From assembly GCF_009914755.1 (NCBI RefSeq), contig NC_060925.1: a stretch of DNA of 64,000 nucleotides. The stretch is one strand, 5' to 3'. Each line of letters opens with the position of its first letter. The first letter of the stretch is position 1. Under the pieces are notes generated by a model. It was not told the origin of the DNA and searched no databases. It was given only the letters and a program-made list of their open reading frames with translations. Positions 1 through 17,262 of this stretch are shown here, piece after piece. The DNA comes from the human T2T-CHM13v2.0 reference genome, Homo sapiens. Both the position numbers and the translations under genes were made by a program.

Positions 1-76
1 TGATTCTCCTGCCTCAGCCTCCCTAGTAGCTGGGACTACAGGCATTATACAGGCATGCACCACCACACCCAGCTAA

Positions 77-545
<469 letters not shown>

Positions 546-836
546 TTGGCATTTGCTATAACAAAAGTACCCTAGAAAATAATATATATATAAAAGTTGG
601 CTTTTGCCAGTCTGACAAATGAAGGGTGAAGCTGCAGCAATATGTAGAGAGGCAAAGAGGAAGAAAACCCAAGATACACTCAGGGAAATAGAGAGTTTGG
701 GCCGGGCGCGGTGGCTCACGCCTATAATCCCAGCACTTTGGGAGGCTGAGGTGGGCGGAACACCAGGTCAGGAGTTTGAAACCAGGCTGGCCAATATGGT
801 GACACCCCGTTTTACTAAAAATACAAAAATTAGCTA

Positions 837-1016
<180 letters not shown>

Positions 1017-1189
1017 TTAATGGCATAATGCAAGATGAACTAAAGAAAGAACCAGATTTGTGTGACCTGATAAGGAGTTTGAACTTTGTTGTACAAGAGA
1101 AAGTGATTCCAAGCTGAAGAGAAATGATCAGGTGAGTGTTTTAGGAAGGAAACTATGTCATGAGCAAAAGGTGCAGGAGTGAAGGCAGC

Positions 1190-1726
1190 TATGGAATCAA
1201 TCCAAGTGTCCATCGATGGATGAACAGATAAAGAAAATGTAAGATACATACACAGTGGAGTATTATTCAGCCTTTAAAAGAAGGAAATTCTGTCATCTTT
1301 GATAACATAGATGAACTTGGAGGACATTACCTGGGCGAAATAAGCTAGGCACAGAAATACAAATGTCTCATGATCTCATTCATATGTGGAATCTAAAAAA
1401 GTCAAACTCATAGAAGCAGAGAGTATAATGGTGGTTACCAGGGGATGGAGGGTGAGAAGGAAGATTGGGGAGACAACAAAATTTCAGTTAAGAGGAATAC
1501 ATTCAAGAGTTCTACTATTGTACACCATGGTGACTACAGTTGATAACAATGTATTGCATACTTGCAGATTGCTAAGAGGATGAATGTTAATTGTTCTCAT
1601 ACAAATAAATGATAAGTATGTGAGGTGATGCATATGCTAATTAGCTCAATTTGCCATTCCACAATGTATACATATTTCAAAACATCATGTTGTATGCTAT
1701 AAATATATATAATTTTTATTTGTCAA
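1190..1726 (+). mobile_element. L1MA-type 3' end fragment
   Basis: atggaatcaatccaagtgtccatcgatggatgaacagataaagaaaatgt ... gaacttggaggacatta ... aaaacatcatgttgta. Confidence 0.85.
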
Positions 1727-1846
1727 CAGAGAGAGAGAAAAGGCAGGAAGACTGGGATAAGGGATACTGGTAAAGTCCATTGGGGTTATATAAACTGAGA
1801 CACTGAATTCAAACTGTGCTGGCAGATACAAAAAATGCTGAAGTTA

Positions 1847-2458
<612 letters not shown>

Positions 2459-3039
2459 TCAAAAAATAAAAAAAAAGTTTGAAACAGAAAATAAGAAAAC
2501 AAAATAAACTGGGTGTATATCGTCAGGATCATCTTTAGTTTTTTCCAGTAGTCCTTGTGGTACTACCACCGTTTTGTTAAATTCACCAGCCAAAGGTTTT
2601 TATTTTGTCTTAATATTTGATGAAAAGAAACTCCTGGTTCCAAACCAATAGGTAAATGGAGAGTACCTAAGACATAAGATAAAATATTGATAAATTCTCA
2701 GATGCAATTCTTCTTCTTCTTTAGGTCTTGCCAAGGGAGAAGTCATCACACAAATGTTTTTTTACTGCTCAGTCCAAAGCCCTCTTCTCAGATACAGACT
2801 GGCTTCTTTTGCTCCTCTTTTCTCTTGATGCAAGTCGGCTTTCCAATCCATTGTGATCACTACCACAGAATCTGTCATTCACGTGTCTTTTCCCTCGCCA
2901 TGCCACAGCCTCAGGGTAGAACCCTGTCCAAAGGCACCTTCCTCACTGTTCTGAAAAACAATCACCAGTCCCTTTTCCTTTAGGAATTGAGACACATCTA
3001 ATCACTTTAAGGAAAAAGAAAGGATGTAAGTGTTCCAAT

Positions 3040-3244
3040 CATCTCAGCAGAGTTGTCAGACATGTGAGAGAAGTAGCCATCTTGGACTTGGACACCAACA
3101 GCCTTCAGAAGACTTCAGACCTGGCCTCCCTCTGACCTGGAGCTGCCTGGCCAAGCCCAGCCAACCCTGAAAACCATAATGAGTTGTTGTCTAAAGCCAC
3201 TGAGTTTAGGGGTAGTGTGTTAGGAAGCAATAGATAACTGAACT
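3040..3244 (+). mobile_element. MLT1 (MaLR) LTR 3' fragment
   Basis: aagccactgagtttaggggtagtgtgttaggaagcaatagataactgaac resembles the MLT1 3' terminus. Confidence 0.7.
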
Positions 3245-3433
3245 AGAGGTAGTGCTAAGAAACAGACTACAGCACAGCAGAGGGTAAAACCAGTAAGGAA
3301 GTGATTTTAATAATCCAGGTGCTCTTGTTCAAGGATTCCCACTGCTCTTCAGATAAAGTTCAAAATACTTAGCATGGCCTACAAGGCCTTTTATGATCTC
3401 ACCCGTGCCTATAAGACCTTTTTTTTTTTTTAA

Positions 3434-6500
<3,067 letters not shown>

Positions 6501-8377
6501 TTTACCTCTGAATCCTTTAGTTATTTCAATAGTGCTGTTTCTTCAAGTCTGTTTAGAACTAAACCTGTTTTAGATACAAAACATTATGTGCCCACTATTT
6601 TGTTAAAATGTGGACTTTGCCATGTTTAAGTTCTAGGCTTCTCCACCCTTATTGTTTTAGAACACCTGAGTCAGGTATTGTGTCAAGTACTTAACATACC
6701 AACTAATCAACAACTCTGCTATGCAGCAATTCTTGTACTTAATTCTACTTATCATTTGAGGTTAAGTACACTGGCAACAGATGGCCTCTCCTTGGGACTT
6801 CCATCCCTTTCAGTACTTAGGCTCTTTCTAATTGTTCCCTATGGACTACATGATCTGCAAGTTAAATTTTCTCCCTGCTATCAAAAAACTGCTAATCAGG
6901 CTCTTCTGATTACATGGTATACTAAGGGAAATATCGTTTTTGCCTGTGAACCTTATCACTGGTAGAGACTTGAAAATACCATGTGCTCCTTTTGCATCTT
7001 TAGGCACTGCTAAATGTTTTTGCATCACTTTCTATCTCAATGACCCTATGAAAAAGGTGTTTTGCAGATGAGCAAACTACAACTAAACAAACTTACAAGA
7101 TAACGCAGCCAGGCAAATTGCAGAAATAATGACCTCACATACCCCTAACCACTATAATATACTTTATATTGGTTTTGCCTTGAGAACCACAAGGCTTCAG
7201 ATCCACAAGAGGGAAAACCAAGTATTAACAGAATTGAGCCAAACAATGACTCCAAGAAGATTCTTGATTTGGGTGTAAGCTGACCTGATTATTTAAAAAA
7301 CACAGTATGAAAAAAATTGACCAGATCTTGGTCTCATTCCTGGGAGTAACTGTACACAACTTCTCAATACAAATTTCATATTGGCCGGTGCGGTGGCTCA
7401 CATCTGTAATCCCAGCACTTTGGGAGGGCGAGGCGGGTGGATCACAATGTCAAGAGATCGACACCATCCTGGCTAACATTTTTAGTCTCTACTAAAAATA
7501 CAAAAAAACTAGCCGGGTGTGCTGGCAGGTGCCTGTAGTCCCAGCTACTCGGGAGGCTGAGGCAGGAGAATGCCATGAACCCGAGGAAGAGCTTGCAGTG
7601 AGCCGAGAATGCACCACTGCACTCTAGCCTGGGCGACAGAGCGAGACTCCACCTCAAAAAAAAAAAGAAAAAATATTTCACGGGATGAGTAGATGATGTA
7701 CCTCAACTCTTTCTTTGTGGCTATTTCAAATAATCTCAAGCAAACCTGAATTTTTTTCTGCTCAATTGAAGCAAAATAATTAACTTCCTGAAATCCTGCA
7801 ATATTAGTAATGAGGCCCCAAATTAAAGTCCACAGGCAAACACAGCAACACAAATTACCTTTAAGCATGAGCCTCAGATCTCGTCCTGAACCAATGCTTT
7901 AGTGAGCGCTTGCTTTGGCAGAACATACTGTAAAACTGGAATGTTTGTGTGAGGCCGGGCGTGGTGGCTCACACCTGTAATCCCAGCACTTTTGGGAGGC
8001 CGAGGTGGGCAGTTCACCTGAGGTCAGGAGTTTGAAACCAGCCTGGCCAACGTGGTGAAACCTAGGTGGCATTGAACGTTTTGAGATGGTGCCACCACGC
8101 TCCAGTCTGGGCAACAGAGACTCAGTCTCAAAAAATAGTAATAATAATAATTAGTGTGCGAGACTAACAGCTTGGCAAGTTTTAGTATAAGGGCTCCAAG
8201 AGTGAAGGGGACAGATAATTTGTGTACAATTTTTACTAACAGCTTTTAAGTCAGTTCCAGATTTTTCCTTACATTTAGATATTCTCAAAAATTACCCATT
8301 TCACACTCCATTATCAAATTTTATTTGACTTTGAGAAATTGACAGCCCTTCGTTATTACTCAGACCAATCAAAAACA

Positions 8378-8655
8378 CAGTAGAGTCCTCCCTTGTCTGT
8401 GAGGAGATAACATTCCAAGACCCCCCCACAGTGGATGCCCAAAATCACAAATGGTACCAAAGCCTAGCCTAGCCTACATGGCCTTTTTGGATGGCAAATA
8501 GCATATACAGCATGTATATGCTGTATCCAACATTCCCATCAGTATTCTGCCCAAGGTGGGAAGGACAGGATGCCTCTCAGAAAAGCACACAATTTAAAAA
8601 TTAATAACTCTGAGATTGTGGTTAACCATGGTTGCAGATAAGGGGATATTACTAT
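8378..8655 (+). mobile_element. MER44/Tigger7-like non-autonomous DNA transposon
   Basis: Termini cagtagagtcctcccttgtctgtg ... tgcagataaggggatattacta; internal ttccaagacccccc..gtggatgcc. Confidence 0.65.
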
Positions 8656-9044
8656 ATTGTTATTTGACTATACTTACTTGTGAAGCGATGTGTGACTATC
8701 TCATAAACATCATCTTATAATTCGTACATACAGAAGTTGGAAATACAAAATGCTATGTCTGAAATCCAATCAAGATGTAGGTAGTAATTGCTAAATAACA
8801 TGCTAATTTTAGAAATAAAAATTACAGTGAAGGCAAATATCTAAAATGGACCATAAAAATTGATCAGTAACTGAGACTGAAAGCAGCACTGCCAAGTCAC
8901 AATAGGATCCTGAATTATACTTAATCTGGTTCTGTGTCTGTAATACAGACCATCTTTTTTTTTTTTTAATGTCACTTTGAATACGTTGAAGTCAGGTAAA
9001 TTCTAGAAAATAAACGAGTACTAAAAAAACAAAAACAAAACCAA

Positions 9045-9143
9045 AGGATAATTAGGATAATGCCTTTATTAACGAGAATGAAACGTTCATTCCTCCTTCC
9101 ACTCCTTCTCGTTGGTTTTCTGGACACAGCTCACCTGATCCTG
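9045..9143 (-). other. SFPQ: SFPQ distal terminal exon (NAGNAG acceptor; poly(A) end approximate)
   Basis: CCCTTTAATTAG CAG| acceptor (exon starts 9143 or 9140); AATAAA at 9065-9070; U/GU-rich downstream element TTTGGTTTTGTTTTTGTTTTTTT at ~9023-9045. Confidence 0.78.
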
Positions 9144-9256
9144 CTAATTAAAGGGTATGATTACTCCAAAGGATACAAGAATCAGAGTTACCAAATTCTC
9201 AAACATAACATTATATAACTGTCAAGTGAACTAATACCAAAGAAATCTTATTAATC

Positions 9257-9558
9257 GGCCTGGCGCAGTGGCTCACGCCTGCAATCCCAGCACTTTGGGA
9301 GGCCAAGGAGGGCGGATCACAGGGTCAGGAGATCAAGACCACCCTGGCTAACATGGTGAAACTCTGTCTCTACTAAAAAATACAAAAAAAAATTAGCCAG
9401 GCGTGTGTGGCGGGCGCCTGCAGTCCCAGCTACTCGGGAGGCTGAGGCAGGAGAATGGCGTGAACCCAGGAGGCGGAGCTTGCGGTGAGCCAAGACTGTG
9501 CACCACTGCTCCAGCCTGGGCGACAGAGCAAGACTCCGTCTCAAAAAAAAAAAAAAAA
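9257..9558 (+). mobile_element. AluY in the last intron of the distal SFPQ isoform
   Basis: Diagnostic gagaatggcgtgaacc / ggcggagcttgc; target-site duplication aaatctt(a/t)..taat. Confidence 0.92.
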
Positions 9559-9589
9559 ATCTTTTAATGAATGAAAGAACATGGCATTA

Positions 9590-9967
<378 letters not shown>

Positions 9968-9987
9968 CTAAGAATCATTTAACTTAC

Positions 9988-10068
9988 CTAGAAACGTTGT
10001 CAGTCTGCTTGTGGCTTCCCTCCTTGATTGACTCACGCTGTGTGATGTCTTGAGAAGTATCTATCCAC
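9988..10068 (-). other. SFPQ: SFPQ downstream alternative exon (81 nt; non-coding after VRMIDVG*)
   Basis: GTTAAC branch-like motif, TTTTTTGTTACAG| acceptor and TAG|GTAAGT donor on a unique island between Alus. Confidence 0.82.
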
Positions 10069-10089
10069 CTGTAACAAAAAATGTTAACT

Positions 10090-10304
10090 TGCTCACTGCA
10101 GCCTCAACCTCCCAGGATCAAGCGATCCCTCCCACCTCAGCCTCCAAGGGAGCTGGGACCACAGGCACACACCACCACACCTGGCTATATTTTTTTCTGT
10201 AGAGACATGGTCTCACTATTTTGCCCAGGCTGGGCTCAAGCAATCCTCCCACTTCTGCCTCCCAAAGTGCTAGGAATATAGGTGTAAAGCCACCATGCCT
10301 GACC
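10090..10304 (-). mobile_element. Truncated AluJ-like element next to the 81-nt exon acceptor
   Basis: gctcactgcagcctcaacctccc ... cctcccaaagtgctagga; tail missing. Confidence 0.85.
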
Positions 10305-10681
10305 TTCTCCTACATTTTCTTAAGTAAAAAAAGAATCATGGAGTTTTAGATGGAGTCTAAAATTGAATTGAATATTGACAATATGGCCTATTCCCCTTAA
10401 GTCAAGTTTTCTTTTCTGTTCTTCTATGACCGTTATATAACCATCCACTTTTTAAAAATTCTATTGTTTGACATTTTTATAATGCCTCTCACTTGCTTTC
10501 TCACATACATCCCTAATTTCCAAACAAAAATAAAGGGATATTATCTTAGAAACGGTAAACATCTCAAATATCGAAGTTTCACTCCACATATCTAAATGAA
10601 ATTATTTAAATCAAACTCAAAAGCCTGTAGGGGTTAAGATTTCTAAAGGAAACTTACTTCATGTGAATGAGCACTCCAATA

Positions 10682-10705
10682 TCAGCCAACATCAATCATT
10701 CTTAC
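10682..10705 (-). CDS. SFPQ: Alternative C-terminus VRMIDVG* of short SFPQ isoform (PSF-F), within 48-nt exon 10658-10705
   Basis: TTCTTTAG|GTA AGA ATG ATT GAT GTT GGC TGA ... ATGAA|GTAAGT; in phase with exon 9; matches my recollection of the isoform F C-terminus. Confidence 0.9.
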   Translation of the reverse strand, partial: VRMIDVG

Positions 10706-13700
10706 CTAAAGAATAATAAGAAAAAGTTAATATAAAAGACAAGGGTATAAAATAAAGGTTTGAAAATGCTAGTCAACTTCAAAATTTAAAGAGTAAAAAT
10801 CCAGAGATAAAGATTGGGGGTAAGTTACAGCATAAAAAAATAGGAAGAAACTTCATGGTGGGGGGGAAATCTAAAATTATTCTTACATAAAATAAGTAGA
10901 CACCTGAATTAGAATGAAAACTGTATTTTCTTTAAAATGTAAAAGCCTGACTCTCAGTTTCACCAGTCTGAGCACAAGTTTGACTGCAACCCAAAATATA
11001 CTATCCCTTATGTGAAGGTATGTGACAACGTTGACCTCACCAAATGAGTTTTAACATCAGCTCTTTTTTCATATGAAAGCACATACCCTGCTCCCCATTC
11101 AAGTATGTCTTCCATTGTCAGGCAGGCTGACCACCTTCAGCAGGAGTCCTCCAAGAGTGCCCAACTCCCCTTCCCACAGTACACAACGCTGTAGTTGTTG
11201 TCCTGCAATCCTTTGTATTTACCTCATTCTTTCCCATCTAAGTCCTCACTGAGTTTTAAAGTTAGGGCTGGAAAAGCTATGCCTTACTGGGACAGCAAGG
11301 AACCAATTTTTTTCTGAGGGAGAAGACATTCACCTTCACTATATGCCTGGCAGGGCCACAGTGCACAAAACAAAGATCAGCCTTCATTCAAGTTCCAGGT
11401 TTTTCTTCCTCCCTGAATGATTACTGCAAAGGGTATATGAAGTAAGAGTTCCCTGTTGCACATGTACCATCCATAAGGGATACTATATCGTTTTGCATTC
11501 TTCCCCCCATTCTCCACATTGTCCTATCTTAAGTCCAAGCCCTTTTCACTCTCAAAAAAAAAAAAAAAAATATTTTTTTCAGCACTGGTGTTCAAAAGCA
11601 ACGTTTTTATGGTTAATGGTTTACCAGCAACTGTTGAGATTTCCAGTTGAGTCTTAAAAATTGCCAATCATTATCTAGCAGCAATGACAGATGATTAGGA
11701 GCAGTCAAATCCTCTGAATTCTTTCCCTAATAGGCAGCCATTTGAGAACTGCACTAGCTGACATCACTAAAACATTATCAGCTAAAGCCAAAACCAAATA
11801 AAGGCCCAGACCAACATCCTGGCTCTCTAAAACCTGTCCAAAATCATTAAGTGAAAGGCAGTAAATGCAGGACTGTGGATCATGTCACTGCAGCTGACAA
11901 TGATTAACAATAGGAGACATGCAACCCCCATTAAGGTTAAAAGTCCAAAACTAGTCACACGCATCTCTTTATTGGGGAAAAGTGAGACTATTATGCATTC
12001 TTGGTAGGTTTGCAACCTTGCATGAAGAGCACCCATTGCATTTCTTTCATCTTTCAGAAAGCACCGGTATCTGTTCCAAGGGCCTAACAGTACGAAAATA
12101 CATTCTGGCATCACACCTCTGAACCCAAGACTGTTCTCATTAAAAATAATTTTGGTTTGTAACAAAATTATGAAATACAATGCAAGCACCTCGGTATAGC
12201 ATTATTACTGAAACCACTTAATTCCCAGCTTTTTGAGTTTTTTAAAAAAACCCACTGCACTAAGATTCACAATTCATTGCTACATACAAATTAAAGCTAG
12301 TAAGAACACACTAACGTCACAAGTTTCTCATTCTAAAGTGCAAAAGCCTAATCATCTGAAAGTGAACAGGGTAAGGCAAAATTAACCCCCCACCCCAATA
12401 AAGTTCCTGAAGTCCATATATTATATACCAAGTACATTCTCTAAAAATTGTTACTGACTGGTAAGAAATAGACCTGAGTTTTTATTTCTAACACCCAATC
12501 ACTAAACCACGGCAGCAAGCACTGGCCACCGATTTAATGGATTACGACACAGGAAACCCCATCAGGGTTCTATGTAATTTAGTGATACTCATGTCACTAA
12601 TATTGAGCATTATACTTGATCTGCATTATATTGTTGATATGCAGAGGCTAAACTAGTCATCATTTGCTCTTTCATCTATCAGTAGAGTCCAAAGTTGTTT
12701 GCTTGAATGGACTACATGTTAAAGTACAAGTCTGTCCCCACCTTGTGAATTGCTTGCCAACGAGCAAGCTTTTTCTTGATACACAGAAGAAAAGTCTCAT
12801 AGTCATGAAGTTTTCATCAGCATTTATGCAAAGTAAACCACTTTCCAGTTACAGAGCAGAAACATTATACATGAAAACTGTCTCTCATGCATGCTAGCTA
12901 AAACCAGTTCAGAGACCAAGAAGTTGAAGTGAGGTCTGGAACAACAGTTGATGCAAAGTCCTAAGCAACAAAAGTTGTGCTTTTGAAGACTTAGGTTTTC
13001 TTGTAAACATTTTGGACTATAACATCACATCCCTAAAGCTAAGGGAACCAAATTCAAAAAGCTACTCTGAACATATGCAGTCATCCTACAGAAACGACGA
13101 TGTCTTATGATTGGGAATGATTCCCAACATGTATTCGACTGTAGTCAAGTCAATGTTCCACACCACCTTCCCCCAGGTTTAGAGTATAGACACATTTAGA
13201 CAAGTCCCATAACTTGAACTATTCACATTAGATTCCCATCTAAGCCCAAGTTAGTAACAATGGTGTTTTCATGAAGCCCATGTTTTTAAAAATTTTAAAT
13301 CGCATTACAAAAAAACCTGTACTTTTAGTTCAACTCAACTTGTAGAATTACCAAGATTGCATAATGAAATTACTGATATTGCCGATCTATGGGCAGGTCA
13401 GTTTGCTACAATAGAGACTAATTATCACATGCTATACGGTCCATGTCAAGGTGCTAAAAGCACCCTAGTTCCCAAGTATAGTTTAGTTCCCTCTCCCCCA
13501 CACCACTGATGTGTTCCATGTTATCTTCAGTTACAATGCAACTAAAGGAAACCACACAACTGAGTCAGATATACCAAAGAATCAAGTTTGCACTTTTTAT
13601 CTGAGAACTGCAACAGCACTGAATTCTGCCTGACAAATTACAGCTCTAACCCCACACCCACACAGTTTTGATGTAAGCTAGCTTTACCATACAAGTGTTA

Positions 13701-13803
13701 GGTGCTGCACTGTAATTTCATTGTCAGAAATGTGATGCCAGAATGCCCACGGAATAAAAGTACATACAAGTCACCAAGTTAGATTATATTGCTTGTTACC
13801 TAC

Positions 13804-13906
13804 CTGTATGCAGTCGGCAATGAGAATCTTGGAGCAAGCAGGAATACTACATCCGGGTCCTAATGTCCATTGCCATTTGCGGTACTACGTTCCTCACAGT
13901 TACGCA
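13804..13906 (-). other. SFPQ: Candidate 103-nt cassette (poison) exon of SFPQ
   Basis: TTTCTGCAG| acceptor, CAG|GTAGGT donor, CpG-retaining; in frame after exon 9 reads CVTVRNVVPQMAMDIRTRM* (TAG 13847-13849); pyrimidine tract is weak. Confidence 0.45.
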
Positions 13907-15874
13907 CTGCAGAAATGCTGGCTAAATGCAGTTATGTAGCAGGCCACTACTTTAATAGTGCATAATTGCAGTCCAAGAACACCAGAAAACATTCCGCCAC
14001 AACTTAGTGGCTTGCCCAAGAAAAGCCAAGTATCTAAATTTTAATCTGCCATAATATGCCACTTAAAAATTGCACAGGCGTAACATTACAATTTCCCCAT
14101 TTTTTAGCTGTTTATATTAGTGGTACAATACATCTATAAAGAGTGGTGGGGTTTGTAGTACTTCTTATGAGTTTAATGTTCTAAGCAAAGAGGATTATGG
14201 TTTCACTAACATGAGCCAATGGGCTATGCTTATAAAATACCTATTAAATACACTGGGGTCTTAACAATATGCAGTTTTTAAAGATTAGGAGAAGTATAAA
14301 AAACAACCAGTGTTCCTCTTAAAACAAAATTATGAGAAAGTGGAGAAGAGGAAATGGGGACAAGTGGTTTCTTTAAATGAAAAAAATGGCTAAAATACTT
14401 CAAAAATTGCTACCTCCCCTTTCCCACCCCAAGTTTCAGATCGACTTTTAGGAAACTATTAAGATTATTTAAATTCACATTAGGCTAAAAACTATCATAT
14501 ATACATTGAAGACTTATTGAAAGTCTATTTGAGTAAGCTTACAACCCTGAGTACATTGCTGTTTTAGTGATGAAAGTCAAATGTCATTTGAAACTAAGCA
14601 ACATTATTTGCTAAACAACGTTTAGCAACTCTACAGTCCACAGTAAGGGTATCAAAAGCCACAACTTTCAGGAGATTATCCATTAGCATCCTTCACCACT
14701 CTTCAAAGGTACAGTACTACCAAAAGCTTATTTTAGGGGGTCTGTGCCAGCATCCCTTATAAAGAAAGGCATGTAATCTGAAAAATAAACTGAAACATTA
14801 ATTTTATAGGCAGATTTTCCCATTTCCCGACCAGCCCCCACCCACACACATTCAAAGTTCACCCTCTGTGGGTGTCCCATGGAACACCCCTTATTTTCTT
14901 GTCTTTAGTAGAGTCCCTACTATATAATTCAACCAAACTGTAATGGATTCCTTTCTAATCAAGACCCTTGTTTCCGTACAGAAAATCTCTTATGTATCAC
15001 CAATTAATAACCTGTTTGGGGACAAAACTTCCTCACTGATATAATCATGGTAAAACTACTCATATTTCCGAGTGTGCTGGTGAATGATATAATGAGCATT
15101 ACTTTCTAATGAGATTCTCTCCCTTAGCACACCATGTACCTGTCAGTCATACAACCAGTATTTGGTGAGATGCTTTTATACACTAGTGTTTACTTTCAGC
15201 ATTATCCTGTTTCCTATGCAGAAAGTGCTCAGATTGTTCCAACAATAGGTCTCCTTTTGTACACAGGCACAATACTAAACTTCAGCATGTTAATAAAGGT
15301 TTGACTTAGAATTTTTCTTTTGCCAATTAGCACCAAGAAAAGAGGTGAAAAGGAGGAAGACACATTCCATAGTAAGAATTCTACAATGTACAGATTTGAA
15401 TGGAACGTAACTCAGAACAAAGCCAAACCATTCAATTACTTTACCTACTGTTAGGAAGCTGTTCCTCTAACATATTTACACTGGGAAATCAGGCTCCCAT
15501 TATACTAACAGGCAACAATAAACAATCTACTTTAATAGTCAAAGTCTCTTGTTCTAATGGAAGGGGGTTCAATGAAGTTGACAATTAACTGACAACACCA
15601 TGGAAACATTCCAAGCCTTTATGGTGGGAGGAAGGGATATTTGTACTGTGTAGCATGAGCAACTTTCTCCAGATTTAGTGCTACATGAAAACGAAACTAT
15701 GTGAAAACAAGTTAAATTTACAATAAGAATGATTATCTGCAACCCTATTTGTTAACAATCACCACTAGCTCTTAGAAGAGAACCAATAGATTTTTATAGT
15801 CCTATAGATTTTGCCCAACAGAAGTAGCACAAGGAGATGTAAAAGTTACAGAGTACAAATGTATATATAACTAA

Positions 15875-16186
<312 letters not shown>

Positions 16187-16264
16187 AGTTACTAAACCTT
16201 CTTACTTTCAAGTTTTGTTTTTTAGACTACACCCCATCTTTATAAATCACTTGAATACATGAAA

Positions 16265-17124
16265 AGACTTCATGTTTAACATCTTTAATTCAAATGTAAA
16301 AGTTCAATACAAGCCATTTATAGGGCTTGAGATTTGTTGGTCTTTTAAAAACAAGAAATGGGGAAATGCAACAAAATGACCTTTCCACTTTTCAAAAGCT
16401 TTCAAGTAAAGGATAGATCATAGGGCCATAAAAGATCCATTTAATCAAACCCACTTTCACCCCCTACCAATTGTCTTACACCCATTCCACAATCTTAATA
16501 CATATTCCTGAAGATTTACAGTTCAGCTTTGCTTACATAACCATTTAAAAAATACTTAGCACCAGCGTGCTTCCTATATGCCAAACAAATCATCAAACTA
16601 CTTCAATATGCATTTCTTCTTTTTAAAACAAAGGGGGCAATTATTTGTAGAAAGCAATACTTAGCCTCCAGATGCATTTCCCAGAAATGGCATATGCCAT
16701 TCAAAGGCCTAGACACTCTCATGCTTTCAATGTGGAATACGTAGCCTAATATGCATAGAAGCATGAATGGCAAAGTTGAAGATCAATATTATAACTATTT
16801 TTCTATTTATTTGAAGCACAGTAAAAAAAAAAAAATTGGTACACTTTGGAAATTCAGTGGCACAAGGTACACTGCCATAAACTTGAGGGACATTATACAG
16901 TAAAAAAGAAAAAATAAAGAAATAAAAAGGAAAAAAAAATTCTCCTGTTCCAAACACTGCATTACATAATTTTACCTGCCCAAACAGACCATTTACAAAT
17001 ATTAGGTCAATAAACTGCTAACATCCATAAAAAGATAGCTTTCTTACTAAAATGCAAGAATTTAAAAGATTGGTATCTAAACAAAAAAACAAAACAAACT
17101 GGAATGAAAGCCTAAATATCACAT
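16265..17124 (-). other. SFPQ: SFPQ main 3' UTR (3' end approximate)
   Basis: U-rich, repeat-free sequence after the stop; AATAAA at 16806-16811 and ATTAAA at 16440-16445 and 16284-16289 on the minus strand. Confidence 0.75.
16284..16289 (-). terminator. Probable main poly(A) signal ATTAAA
   Basis: Last canonical hexamer before the Alu at 15895-16186; gives a ~0.85 kb UTR. Confidence 0.6.
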
Positions 17125-17262
17125 CTAAAATCGGGGTTTTTTGTTTGGGCCTTCGTACTCTTCTCTCCCTCTACCATATCCTGCTGGAGTTCCAGGCCCC
17201 ATTCCTCTAGGACCCTGTCCACCCACAGGCCCCGCACCTCCCTGCCCAAAGCGCTCAGTACG
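17125..17262 (-). CDS. SFPQ: SFPQ exon 10 coding part (138 nt incl. TAG): C-terminus with basic NLS-like PNKKPRF
   Basis: CAATAG|CGTACT; RTERFGQGGAGPVGGQGPRGMGPGTPAGYGRGREEYEGPNKKPRF*; total CDS 2124 nt = 707 aa, the known SFPQ length. Confidence 0.97.
   Translation of the reverse strand, partial: RTERFGQGGAGPVGGQGPRGMGPGTPAGYGRGREEYEGPNKKPRF

Noticed and set aside
9125-9143. Donor-like CAG|GTGAGC a few nt into the distal terminal exon, implying a 6-9 nt microexon
   Set aside because: A poly(A) signal with a GU-rich downstream element follows within ~70 nt and no clear downstream exon is seen; terminal exon is the simpler reading
11827-12189. 120-aa hydrophobic ORF inside the long SFPQ intron
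   Set aside because: No recognisable homology; composition follows the U-rich strand; no convincing splice link. Ribo-seq/PhyloCSF could reopen it
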